Notes: generated by a model from the sequence alone, not told the origin. A stretch of DNA of 64,000 nt from Bacteroidia bacterium (GCA_030433135.1 JAUILF010000001.1:2891-66890), one strand, 5' to 3'; counted from the first letter of the stretch, positions 20,191-29,041 are shown. A program made the numbers and translations.

Positions 20191-20201
20191 TCTTCGGCAC
20201 A

Positions 20202-20907
20202 TTACTGGCTGAATCGCTCCACATTGGCCCCCTGAAATAAGTATTCCTTTGGTAGATAGACATCGGGTAGAATAGTCTGATTCCTTAGTCTTTCGTTGTT
20301 TTCCAAATCGCAGCCCTTCAGATCTTTCTTATACATAACTTGATGGTCTTTATCCATTGAATTTAAAAACTATAGACCTTCCAGCTTCTAACAAAGAAAC
20401 GAGATTATATGCTTCCAGAAGTTCCCTGGTCAACTTCGAGGCCAAGTTGGGATTACAGTAGAAAAAAGTTATTACAAAATGGATGTAGGTCTTGATGGTA
20501 CACAAATTACAGTGCTTCTGTTCCATCCAGTGAGTCTGAATGGGTTTTTTGGTCTCTGCCAGAATGGCACTTTCGATTTGCTTTCCCTGGCTACTGGGGT
20601 TCCCTTGAAGCTTACTTTCATCCAGTAAGGTGACCTTCCGGCAGAGATGTTTCAATTGCGGACTTACCGTCAATTCAGAAATATAAAGGTATCTCCCGGG
20701 TCTCGACCACCTTTCCATATCCAATTGTAGCAAATGATCTTTTGATCGTTGATTATAAGGAAAATCCAAGGTCAACGGACTCTGGCCTGGGTGTACAAAT
20801 CTTTCCAATGCGATGGCCGGCAACTCCATGTTGGTAGGATGTGTCAATCTAAATATAGTAAAAACGCAACAAAAACTTACATCCAGATACGCTATTATCC
20901 ATTCCAT
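20202..20907 (-). CDS. Hypothetical protein, possibly frameshifted (185-aa ORF 20350-20907 plus overlapping 52-aa ORF 20202-20357); weak LRR-like periodicity
   Basis: The 185-aa ORF ends ..FKFNG* and overlaps the ATG of a 52-aa ORF (MDKDHQVMYKKDLKGCDLENNERLRNQTILPDVYL...) in the sequence aATGGATAA. There is no clear family motif. Repeat copy B precedes it. Confidence 0.3.
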
Positions 20908-21000
20908 TTCAATTGTAAAACGTTGTCACTTTCGATCACAAGACAAGGATATCTGAACGTTTTGGATGTTGTCCCTTCCCACTCACAGTTTAGCCTGGTC

Positions 21001-21330
21001 ATACCGATTTGTCGCGGAAGTTAGGATCTTGGTGGGTCACAGGTAAGTTTACCGGAATGTGTTATGTCTTGAAAAAGGCCAATCATCCTACTGTAAGTGA
21101 GCGATTGATTCAGGAATATAGAGAGTCCTTGCTTGGGGAAGATCACTATGAGGGCTCACCAGTTCGTTCGATACTCTTGCGCAGAAAGGCCCACATTTTC
21201 CACTTTGCCTCTGGCAATTTCCCCGACCGTAGGCTATCCACCGAACATCCAGATGCCTCACTCCAGGTGCGAAATTAGAACTTTCTTTATAAACCCGATG
21301 CTTTAAAGGCATGGAATCTGAACGACCGGC
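21001..21330. repeat. Copy B of the A-D repeat family, 5' of ORF 20350-20907
   Basis: Core ctcactccaggtgcgaaa at 21257-21274. Hairpin ATGC 21298-21301 / GCAT 21309-21312 with a short loop. Confidence 0.65.
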
Positions 21331-21388
21331 TACCAACCGTACTTAGTGCATGCGGAATGTGGATAGCCACCTGTTCTTGCAGACAGAC

Positions 21389-22120
21389 TTACTTTCCTTT
21401 CCCTGATACTAGATAGTCCAGTGCTGCTTCTACTCTTTCAATATTTTTCATCAATGGAACATCTGAGTTTCGTTTTAAAGCGTTCAGTATCTTTCTTGTC
21501 CTCTCAGCATCACCGATTCGCAGTTTTTGTGAATAAACCAATTCTGCAATGGCATTTGTAACACATCCTTTTGTGAAATTACTATTTATTTCTCCGGTTG
21601 ACGATTCAATTAAGTCTAAATCGCCAAATTTGGGAATTTCCTGAATTCTCTTACTTAACCCACAAATTATCCCATCAGAGATCAAAGGTAAAAATTCTTT
21701 TAATGCATCTGGGTACTGAATAATATTTTCCGAAATGCTTTTCGCAATCTCATTTTTCATCCTCAACCTTGAGGTTGTTGCTTCAATATCGTCACACCTT
21801 GAAAATTTCTCATCAAGCTCCCTAATTTTTTCAATTAAATCAAAATTTGATTTCGCCTTGATTTTTGATTCATCTAATTGATCCAATAGCCCAATGACAC
21901 CCAGTAACCCCTCATTTATTGAATTCAACTCGCTTTTATATTCCCTATTACTTATAACACCTTTCATTTTATCTGCCTTCAAAGCATTATATCTTGAAGA
22001 AATTAGGATTATTTCCTTGCTAAAGCTCAAGAGGAATTTATTTGAAATATCTAATAATATCTTTATTGCCTCTTCTGATTTTCCTTTTAAAATTAGGACT
22101 TTTAGTACTTCCTTCTTCAT
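21389..22120 (-). CDS. Stand-alone EAD11-like (effector-associated domain) protein, 243 aa
   Basis: I place the start at ATG 22118-22120 (MKKEVLKVLILKGKSEEAIKILLDISNK...). The track ORF extends to 22360, but that extension lies inside repeat copy C. The N-terminal roughly 85 aa (LILKGKSEEAI..IILISSRYNALKADKMKGVISNREYKSELNSINEGLLGVIGLLDQL) matches the EAD11-type helical hairpin and aligns with residues 402-478 of the ROCO protein. The C-terminal roughly 150 aa are unassigned and helical. Confidence 0.75.
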   Translation of the reverse strand: MKKEVLKVLILKGKSEEAIKILLDISNKFLLSFSKEIILISSRYNALKADKMKGVISNREYKSELNSINEGLLGVIGLLDQLDESKIKAKSNFDLIEKIRELDEKFSRCDDIEATTSRLRMKNEIAKSISENIIQYPDALKEFLPLISDGIICGLSKRIQEIPKFGDLDLIESSTGEINSNFTKGCVTNAIAELVYSQKLRIGDAERTRKILNALKRNSDVPLMKNIERVEAALDYLVSGKGK

Positions 22121-22134
22121 ATGATTTTCTTGCT

Positions 22135-22430
22135 TGCCTGCAACGTGAGGCCAGTTGTCTGTGATTGATCCCCACAGTGCCGGCTCTTTTGATATGCAAA
22201 ACCTATTAGGATCGGTCAACAATTTACAAACATTCTGGGATAGATCACTACGGGACTTGGTCGCCATTCGATTCCCCTGCGCTCCAGGGCTCCGGTTTCC
22301 ACATTGCTTTTGCCAGATTCCTGGACCGTAGACAACCCGCTGCACGTTCAGATGCCTCACTCCAGCTGCGGAACCCTATCTTTAGTCTTCTTTGAGCCGA
22401 CGCTCTGAGTGCAGATGGCGTCTGAACGGT
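22135..22430. repeat. Copy C of the A-D repeat family, 5' of the EAD11-like gene
   Basis: Core ctcactccagctgcggaa at 22356-22373. Hairpin GACGC 22399-22403 / GCGTC 22418-22422. Confidence 0.7.
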
Positions 22431-22481
22431 CTGTGTAGATGGCGTGGCGGGCTTCTGCCCGCCATGAACAGCTACACTATG

Positions 22482-23149
22482 TTGACTAAATCGCCTATCG
22501 GCGATGGCTGGCTTTATTGCAGATAATTTCGGAACTCAAGAGTTTTCAACCACAAAAATTCAGAGTTATGAAAATGCACGAAAAAAAAGCCAGACCATCA
22601 TCGACAGAGCAAAGCTTGAAGTTAGTGGTTTTCAGGCGATGTATGAGCGATTGGACCAGAAAATTGTTTTGGGTGGATTATCTAAGTCTACTCTTAACAA
22701 CTGCGGTAGGTGTCTAGCCAAAATCAGTATATTTTGGCATTCCTGCACACTTACTGGAAGAAGAACAGATCAATGGTTATTTGCAGTCTATTCTAACCAG
22801 CCACAAGCCATCCAGGAGCTACTTTAAACATACTGTCTATAGCCTGAGAATTCTATTCTGGGTATTTGGTAGAGAAGATAAAGCGTTGCGTTTACCAGGT
22901 TGGAAGCGACATAGCCCTTTGCCAGTGGTCTTGCGTCAGAGGAGTGCAAACGACTATTCAAGTCAGGCAATGTGCGAAAGCATCGGGTTATGTTGAGTTT
23001 GATCTATTCTGCTAGACTGAGGTGTAAAGAAGTACGTAATCTAAAGTGGAGTGATCTGGATTTTGATCGTAGGGTCATACATATTCTAAAGATCAAGTAC
23101 AATGAAGACAGGTATGTGCCTTTGAGTGATGTGATGGCTAAAGGTCTAC
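22482..23149 (+). pseudogene. Truncated, multiply frameshifted copy of the tyrosine recombinase found intact-ish at 25797-26695
   Basis: Nucleotide homology to 25711-26380 starts at ttga(c/a)ctaaatcgcctatcggcgatggctggc. The protein is split over ORFs 22504-22827, 22781-22996 and 22972-23172. Homology ends at 23149, exactly at the stop codon of the convergent caspase-TIR gene. Confidence 0.7.
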
Positions 23150-24393
23150 TATCTGGTGGGAGGAATGGTTGACTCAGGATCCTGTAATTTCTCAGTTGGA
23201 TCCTTTACTGGCTTATTCGCAATGGATGTGGGTTTTCTAATACGTAATTTACGGATATGATCGATCAGGTTATCAATTTCGGTCTCTGTTGTGGTCATAT
23301 CGAAAATAACGCGGTTAATGTGACCGAATTTGTTTTCGAACATACCTGGCAGCCTGATTTCCTCAACCATGATCGGCAGAATAGGAATTCCATGTGCGTC
23401 TGCAGTTTCTATCTCCCACATTGCAACTTTGGAATAAATAATCTCTGCATCGATCACGAAGATCATGACCCGAGCGTTTTTGATCACTCGCTCCAACTGA
23501 TACTTCCAGTCATCACCAATGCGAAGTTTTTCTGTATCGACAAATGTCGTTATCCCCTTGTCACGGAGTTTCTCGGACAATTGATTGACCAATACTTTCT
23601 GAGTCCTTCTATAACTTATAAATACGGGTTTCGGAGATTCAAAGATGCTTATATCCCTGGATACGTTCCACTCCCATTTTTGCGGGTCGCGTGGTGTTAA
23701 TGGGTCTTCTTTCACTTCGTCAATGATATAGCTGAATAATTCAGAAAATGTAATTCTACCGTCTCGGTCAGCATCGATATAGTCGCTGGTCAAACCTGTG
23801 ACGATAATATTGGTGAAGACACCACCCTTCTCGTTCTCCATGGTGGTTTCGTCCTCATCGCATGCGGTCAAAGCATATAGCCCTTTTGGAACACCCCGTA
23901 CATTATTGAAAAATGCACCGCTGTGACAGCAGTCAGCAACCACTATGAAGTTTCGACAAGCGGATTTTCTGAATTGAGACAAAATAAACTCTGTCTCCAG
24001 ACATGTGGCATCAAGGTACTTAGAATCCGAATCAGAGAAAATCAGGTATAAGGATCGATGCTCACCCAACAAACCATGGCCAGAGTAATAAAAGAAGATG
24101 ACGTCATTTTCTTTGGCCTTCCGGCATACCTCGGAAATTTGCTTTCGCGCCTCAACGAACTGTGGGTTAAGCAGTGTCGACACGACAAAATCACTTCGGT
24201 CCCTGTCATTAAGAAGGTCGCTAAAGCGCTGCACGTCAACAGAAACCGTGTTGAGCCTTCCGATTTGGGGGTCATCAAATTCTTCGACACCGATCAGCAG
24301 TGCATATTTATTCTGTACCGGTACGCTCGGTTTGTCTTTTAAGGCTAAACCCATGACGTTCGAATTTGTACTTAAATTAGCCAAAACCCACAT
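23149..24393 (-). CDS. Caspase (peptidase C14-like) - TIR fusion protein, 414 aa
   Basis: The caspase dyad motifs are intact: VIFFYYSGHG and FIVVADCCHSG. The C-terminal TIR reads PVFISYRRTQKVLVNQLSEKLRDKGITTFVDTEKLRIGDDW..ARVMIFVIDAEIIYSKVAMWEIE. An alternative start lies at Met14 (24354). Confidence 0.85.
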   Translation of the reverse strand: MWVLANLSTNSNVMGLALKDKPSVPVQNKYALLIGVEEFDDPQIGRLNTVSVDVQRFSDLLNDRDRSDFVVSTLLNPQFVEARKQISEVCRKAKENDVIFFYYSGHGLLGEHRSLYLIFSDSDSKYLDATCLETEFILSQFRKSACRNFIVVADCCHSGAFFNNVRGVPKGLYALTACDEDETTMENEKGGVFTNIIVTGLTSDYIDADRDGRITFSELFSYIIDEVKEDPLTPRDPQKWEWNVSRDISIFESPKPVFISYRRTQKVLVNQLSEKLRDKGITTFVDTEKLRIGDDWKYQLERVIKNARVMIFVIDAEIIYSKVAMWEIETADAHGIPILPIMVEEIRLPGMFENKFGHINRVIFDMTTTETEIDNLIDHIRKLRIRKPTSIANKPVKDPTEKLQDPESTIPPTR

Positions 24394-24572
24394 AAAATTC
24401 CATTTCAGCAGTTTGAAATTAGATATTCTTGAGGCTTGCCCCCTTCAGAGTAGTGGATGTTGATAAACATTCAGGTTTCGAGTACTCGGGATGACCCCTC
24501 TTATTTAGGTGGATAACATGCGTTTTATTCATTTGCATGCGAACAAAAGTCAACACATGGGAAAACTAAAGT

Positions 24573-24840
24573 GAGTGGATCAAGTCAAGACAATCATAAG
24601 GATCAACCTGGCAACGAAGAAAGTAAAAACCACTGCCAGGCGACTACATGTATCAAAGAACACGATTAAGCTTTATCTGAATCTTCACAGGGCATCGTGA
24701 AGAGAACTGGAGCAACTCCTCCATCTAAGCGAGGCAGAGTTTGAGCACATCATGTATGGACAGCCATGTGATCAAAATCGCGAGCATCAATTTGACAGCA
24801 GCATCAGGAGAAAATCAAAACATGTACCTTACATTTGTAA
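24573..24840 (+). pseudogene. Scar of an IS21-like transposase N-terminal HTH
   Basis: Hand translation gives VDQVKTIIRINLATKKVKTTARRLHVSKNTIKLYLNLHRAS*, then ..LEQLLHLSEAEFEHIMYGQP in another frame. This resembles the IstA-type start (..IARqLgISkNTVkkYL...ll.l.d.el). There is no downstream catalytic region. Confidence 0.35.
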
Positions 24841-25048
24841 ACCGTGAGTTATACACAAGGGATCGCTACCTGGGTCAATAACCCGGATTGAGGGAATCAG
24901 GGGGCAACACATTCGGAATACGCAGTTGTTGTATGAAGCGGTCATATTTTATAGACCTTACTCTTATTGCCTTCTTTCTGCTTAAGTCTATTATTAGCCA
25001 CAAGTCTATCAGCAGCTTGGTAGCAATTTGGGAAATCCTTTAATTCCA

Positions 25049-25636
25049 TTATGGCTTTACTTTTGTTTTATTCGAAATCGGTTGGGACCTTTTGTCAAAC
25101 GCCTGATCAATATAGAATTCAGGATTAACAGTGAAGTCGCCCCATTTTACTAGCACACAATATCTATCATCTTCACTCCAAGAACATTTACCAAATGCAG
25201 GGATATAGTAATTGTGGCTAAACTCTCTTATAACAGTTGAATCGATTATTCCAACATAGTTGTGGGTTCCACCACATGCAGGGCAATTATACGAACCTTG
25301 ATAAATGGAATCGTACATGGAAGGAAGTACTATTCCAAGAATACCATTTTTTGTATTATTTACACCATTGTAAAGAGATGCCTGAAGCTCTTTCTTAATG
25401 TATCTTTGTTCGTGAGACCCAAGATTCTCCGAACTTCTTGAACCTATTAAAAAAATTGTAACTGTTGAGTTAGATAAATAGTCTCCTCTAATTTTTCGCA
25501 TAATGTAATCATCATCCCAAGAGATGATTGGTTCATCTAAGGATTTGTCAATCATATCAATGTCCATTTCATCACGAATATGATTTTTATAGGCAATGCC
25601 TTCTGTTTTAAAACTTATGAAGCATTTGTGTGCCAT
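25049..25636 (-). CDS. ThsB-like / DUF1863-type TIR-like domain protein, 195 aa
   Basis: KCFISFKTEGIAYKNHI...DDDYIMRKIRGDYLSNSTVTIFLIGSRSSEN..HEQRYIKKELQASL matches the MTH538/ThsB TIR-like pattern (cFISF..eD......i......D.s..........I...I..ssV.ivLIG..T.....V..EI..sl). Confidence 0.8.
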   Translation of the reverse strand: MAHKCFISFKTEGIAYKNHIRDEMDIDMIDKSLDEPIISWDDDYIMRKIRGDYLSNSTVTIFLIGSRSSENLGSHEQRYIKKELQASLYNGVNNTKNGILGIVLPSMYDSIYQGSYNCPACGGTHNYVGIIDSTVIREFSHNYYIPAFGKCSWSEDDRYCVLVKWGDFTVNPEFYIDQAFDKRSQPISNKTKVKP

Positions 25637-25796
25637 AGTGTTCGTTTTAGGTTGCTGACAACAGTTTGGCTATGCGCAGTGTCCCGAAGGGCATTGCGTA
25701 TAGGTTTTGTTGAACTAAATCGCCTATCGGCGATGGCTGGCTTTATTGCAGATAATTTCGGAACTCAAGAGTTTTCAACCACAAAAATTCAGAGTT

Positions 25797-26695
25797 ATGA
25801 AAAATGCAAGAAGAAAAAGCCAGACCATCATCGACAAAGCAAAGCTTGAAGTTAGCGGTTTTCAAGCGATGTATGAGCGATTGGAACAGAAAGTTGTTTT
25901 GGGTGGATTATCCGAGTCTACCCTGAACAACTATGGCAGGTGTATAGCCAAGATCAGTGTACATTTTGGTATTCCTGCACACTTACTGGAGGAAGAACAG
26001 ATCAATGGTTATTTGCAGTCTCTTCTAACCAGCCACCAGCCATCCAGGAGCTACTTTAAACATACCGTCTATGGGCTGAGATTTCTATTCCGGGTATTTG
26101 GTAGAGAAGATAAAGCGTTGCGTTTACCTAGTTTGAAGCGACATAGCCCTTTGCCAGTGGTCTTGAGTAAGATGGAGTGCAAACGACTATTCAAGTCAGG
26201 CAATGTGCTAAAGCATCGGGTTATGTTGAGTTTGATTTATTCTGCTGGACTGAGGTGTAAAGAAGTGCGTAATCTAAAGTGGAGTGATCTGGATTTTGAT
26301 CGTAAGGTCATACATATTCGAAAGACTAAGTACAATAAAGACAGGTATGTCCCTTTGAGTGATGTGATGGTTAAAGGTCTACAAAAGTATAGAGAGGCCT
26401 GTAATCCAAAGGATTATGTCTTCAATGGCAAGGCCATTGGCAGTAAACTGAGTGCAAGAGGAGTCCAATGGGCGATCAAGCAAGCTGTGAAGCGCTCTGG
26501 CATCAAAAAGGATATTACTGTGCATACCTTCGTCACTCATACGCCACTCATTTACTGGAGTTTGGCGTGGACATAGACACCGTACGGAAACTGTTGGGAC
26601 ATGCTCATTTAAGTACTACTATTGTCTATCTACATGTTGCCAGATTAGAGAGTACGGAAGCATTTAGTCCGATAGATCGATTATACCCGGTCTAG
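25797..26695 (+). pseudogene. Tyrosine recombinase (phage-integrase family) of the kind paired with IS91-family transposases; one frameshift
   Basis: The likely start is ATG 25797 (MKNARRKSQTIIDKAK). ORF 25746-26576 ends ..[15 protein letters not shown], while ORF 26468-26695 in another frame carries the expected continuation [37 protein letters not shown] (R-H-R-Y box II). The frame break is near 26530. Confidence 0.8.
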
Positions 26696-26698
26696 CAA

Positions 26699-27679
26699 GT
26701 GATCAAGTCCGATGCCATTGGCCGGATCATATCCGGTCAGTTGCCCCTTATATTGAGCAGGTTAAATAGTCACCAGATAAGACACCTGCAAGCCATACGT
26801 TCATGTCGTACACCGGCATTGGGTGGGCATATTTATATCTGTAGCCATTGTCATAAAACCCACAAGCGTTATCATTCTTGCCGCAACCGTCATTGTCCAC
26901 AATGTCAGAAGACTCAGAAGTATCAGTGGATCCAAGCTCAGGAAGCAAAAGTTCTACCCTGTCCCTATTTTCATCTGGTCTTTACTATTCCCCATCAGCT
27001 TAATGACCTCAACCTGGCATTTTCACGGCCCCTGTATTCTATTTTGTTTCGTGCTGCCTGGGAAACATTGGATTCGTTTGGGTGGAACCACAAATATCTG
27101 GGTGCCCAACTTGGTGCCACCATGATACTGCATACATGGGGTTCCAATTTATCCTACCATCCTCATTTACACTGTATCGTTCCAGGTGGAAGAGTAACGA
27201 TAAAAGGCAAGTGGCGTCAAGCCGAAACGAAAGGTAAGTACCTGTTTCCAGCCAAAGCAATGAGCATAGTGTTTCGAGGTAAATACATCTATTATCTAAA
27301 AGAATTCATGGAAGTCTCTGGAATGTGTCTCGATTCACTTCAAGATCAACTCTATACGCACAAGTGGACTGTTTATGCAAAACGCGCTCCCAAGACTCAC
27401 CATAATCTCATTCATTACCTGGCAAGGTATACACACCAAATTGCCATATCACCAAAACGTATTTCCTCTTTCGACAATCAATCTGTGACTTTTCGCCTAT
27501 ACCGACTATTGCCATCAGAATCAGAAAAAAGTAATGCAGCTATCTGCATGGGAATTTGTACGACGTTTTGCTCAGCATATTTTACACCATGGCTTTACTA
27601 CAATTCGAACATTATGGAAGCCTTAGCTCTCAATGGCAAAAAGATCTTTACCCTAACATATCTCCACCTTAGTCTTTAG
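26699..27679 (+). mobile_element. IS91-family (Y2 rolling-circle) transposase gene, C-terminally frameshifted/degenerate
   Basis: GTG start 26699, 3 nt after the recombinase stop. The Zn-binding N-terminus is CRTPALGGHIYICSHCHKTHKRYHSCRNRHCPQCQ. The core is PYFHLVFTIP, ILHTWGSNLSYHPHLHCIVPGG and YLARYTHQIAIS. After about 27520 the expected ..EFVRRFAQHIL..GF..IR.. continues in a different frame. Confidence 0.75.
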
Positions 27680-27788
27680 ATTCCAAATATTAATTGCTTT
27701 TTCTCTAGTCTGACAGAGCCGAGCGATTCCGTTCAACAGAGGATTCAATAATGGGTCCGATGGACCACTTGAATCCTTAATTATTATA
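27673..27788. repeat. Copy E1 of a ~115-bp repeat, between the IS91 transposase stop and the stop of the convergent TIR-TM gene
   Basis: About 80% identical by eye to 30144-30257 (shared tctttagattccaa...gacagagccgagcgattccgttcaa...ggtccgatg(g/a)accact.gaatcc.taattatta). The ends are imperfectly inverted (TTTAGATTCCAA / TTGAATCCTTAA). Confidence 0.7.
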
Positions 27789-27793
27789 TGCCG

Positions 27794-29041
27794 TTATTGA
27801 ATTACACCTTGCCATTTCTTTCTTAGTTCAATGTTTTTTTCGATTATTGACTCCCTTAATTGTATAAATGATTCGTCAAGAAGTAGTATGTTCTTTGCGA
27901 AGAGAGAGTTGTAGTTAATCAGAATCTTACTGACACGTCCTCTGTTTCTTAACCAAGAATCGAATCCTAAATAGGATTTGTCCTTTGTCAGTTCATTTAA
28001 TTGATACAAAATGTACTTTTCAATTATTCTGTCACATTGAGCTATATTATCTATGTACTTAATTGAAATAGAATCAGGAATATTTAGATTTTGTGCCTTT
28101 ATCAACTCTAATATTGCATTGTTCGACTGTTTCAGAGAATCAGACAAACTGCCTATCTCTTTGTCAAGTCTTATCGAAAGATCCAAATCAGATGGCAAAA
28201 CTTTCATGGATGCTGCGGATACTTTTGTCGCTATATCCTTCAGTAATTTTGTTTGATTCTCAAATTCGGTACTGATTGATGAATTAAAATTGACAAATTC
28301 ATTATGTGAAAATAATATTTTTTCCCTTTGAAACGTCGCAGTAATGATCATCAGAACTGTAACTGAAAAGGCAAGGGTTCTTAATGTATTTCTAGATCTA
28401 TCTATAACCCGTTCAATTGGACTTTGCAAAAGGTTGTCTCCTTTTAGTTTACTCAATCTGTATTTTTTTATCTGATCAGGGAATACATTATAAATCAGAA
28501 ACCATAATATTGGACTCAGCGAAAGCCCTACGAGAATGATATCAAGAAGCCTGTTGAATTTACTGAAGCCTAACTGAATCGTTAAATATAGAATTGAAAC
28601 CGCAGAAATCAAGGGCACTAAAAGAAGAGTTCTGAATTCGGACGATGACGATTTTTTTAACCGTTTTAGTATTAATTCTACGAGAGGATCGGAGCCAAGA
28701 TTGTAATTCCAAAAGGTTCTTTTATCGATTGCATTAGGCAAAGGACTTTCATCTAATTTAACTGGAATGATTCCCTCTTTACTTGAATTCCCGGTCAAAG
28801 CAGCATCAAGTTCAATCTTTGTATATTCAGTTAAATAGTTTTCAGAATGGATGATAACGACAATTGTTGAATTACTATATATGGTTTGAAGTTTACTTTT
28901 AAGTTCAGTTCCCAGTGTTTCCTCTTGTTTGTGAATGTAGTGGTACACTTTAAGATTCCTGTTCTCAAGTCTTGTATAGACTTCTTTAGCATATAAGTAG
29001 TCATCTGTTGAAAATGATATCGCTACATCAAATGTTTTCAT
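27794..29041 (-). CDS. TIR - transmembrane - coiled-coil protein, 415 aa
   Basis: The N-terminal TIR is FDVAISFSTDDYLYAKEVYTRLENRNLKVYHY..TIVVIIHSENYLTEYTKIELD. There are three hydrophobic helices (LLLVPLISAVSILYLTIQLGF, IILVGLSLSPILWFLIYNVF, LRTLAFSVTVLMIITATF), followed by about 170 helical aa. Confidence 0.8.
   Translation of the reverse strand: MKTFDVAISFSTDDYLYAKEVYTRLENRNLKVYHYIHKQEETLGTELKSKLQTIYSNSTIVVIIHSENYLTEYTKIELDAALTGNSSKEGIIPVKLDESPLPNAIDKRTFWNYNLGSDPLVELILKRLKKSSSSEFRTLLLVPLISAVSILYLTIQLGFSKFNRLLDIILVGLSLSPILWFLIYNVFPDQIKKYRLSKLKGDNLLQSPIERVIDRSRNTLRTLAFSVTVLMIITATFQREKILFSHNEFVNFNSSISTEFENQTKLLKDIATKVSAASMKVLPSDLDLSIRLDKEIGSLSDSLKQSNNAILELIKAQNLNIPDSISIKYIDNIAQCDRIIEKYILYQLNELTKDKSYLGFDSWLRNRGRVSKILINYNSLFAKNILLLDESFIQLRESIIEKNIELRKKWQGVIQ

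Noticed and set aside
21088-22360. ORFs lying inside the repeat copies: the 82-aa ORF 21088-21336, and the 80-codon N-terminal extension of the EAD11 ORF (22121-22360). They encode similar peptides (RHL[ND]V...YG.G..Q.Q.G).
   Set aside because: The corresponding frames in copies A and D contain stop codons, and the substitutions are not biased to synonymous sites. I treat the similarity as a by-product of nucleotide conservation.
22445-22464. Strong GC hairpin TGGCGGGC-TTCT-GCCCGCCA between repeat copy C and the recombinase fragment.
   Set aside because: It is not followed by a T-run on either strand, so I do not call it a terminator. It is a single occurrence and its function is unknown.
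25049-25636. Calling a Thoeris system from the ThsB-like TIR.
   Set aside because: No ThsA (SIR2/SLOG or Macro) gene lies in the window, so only the domain is reported.
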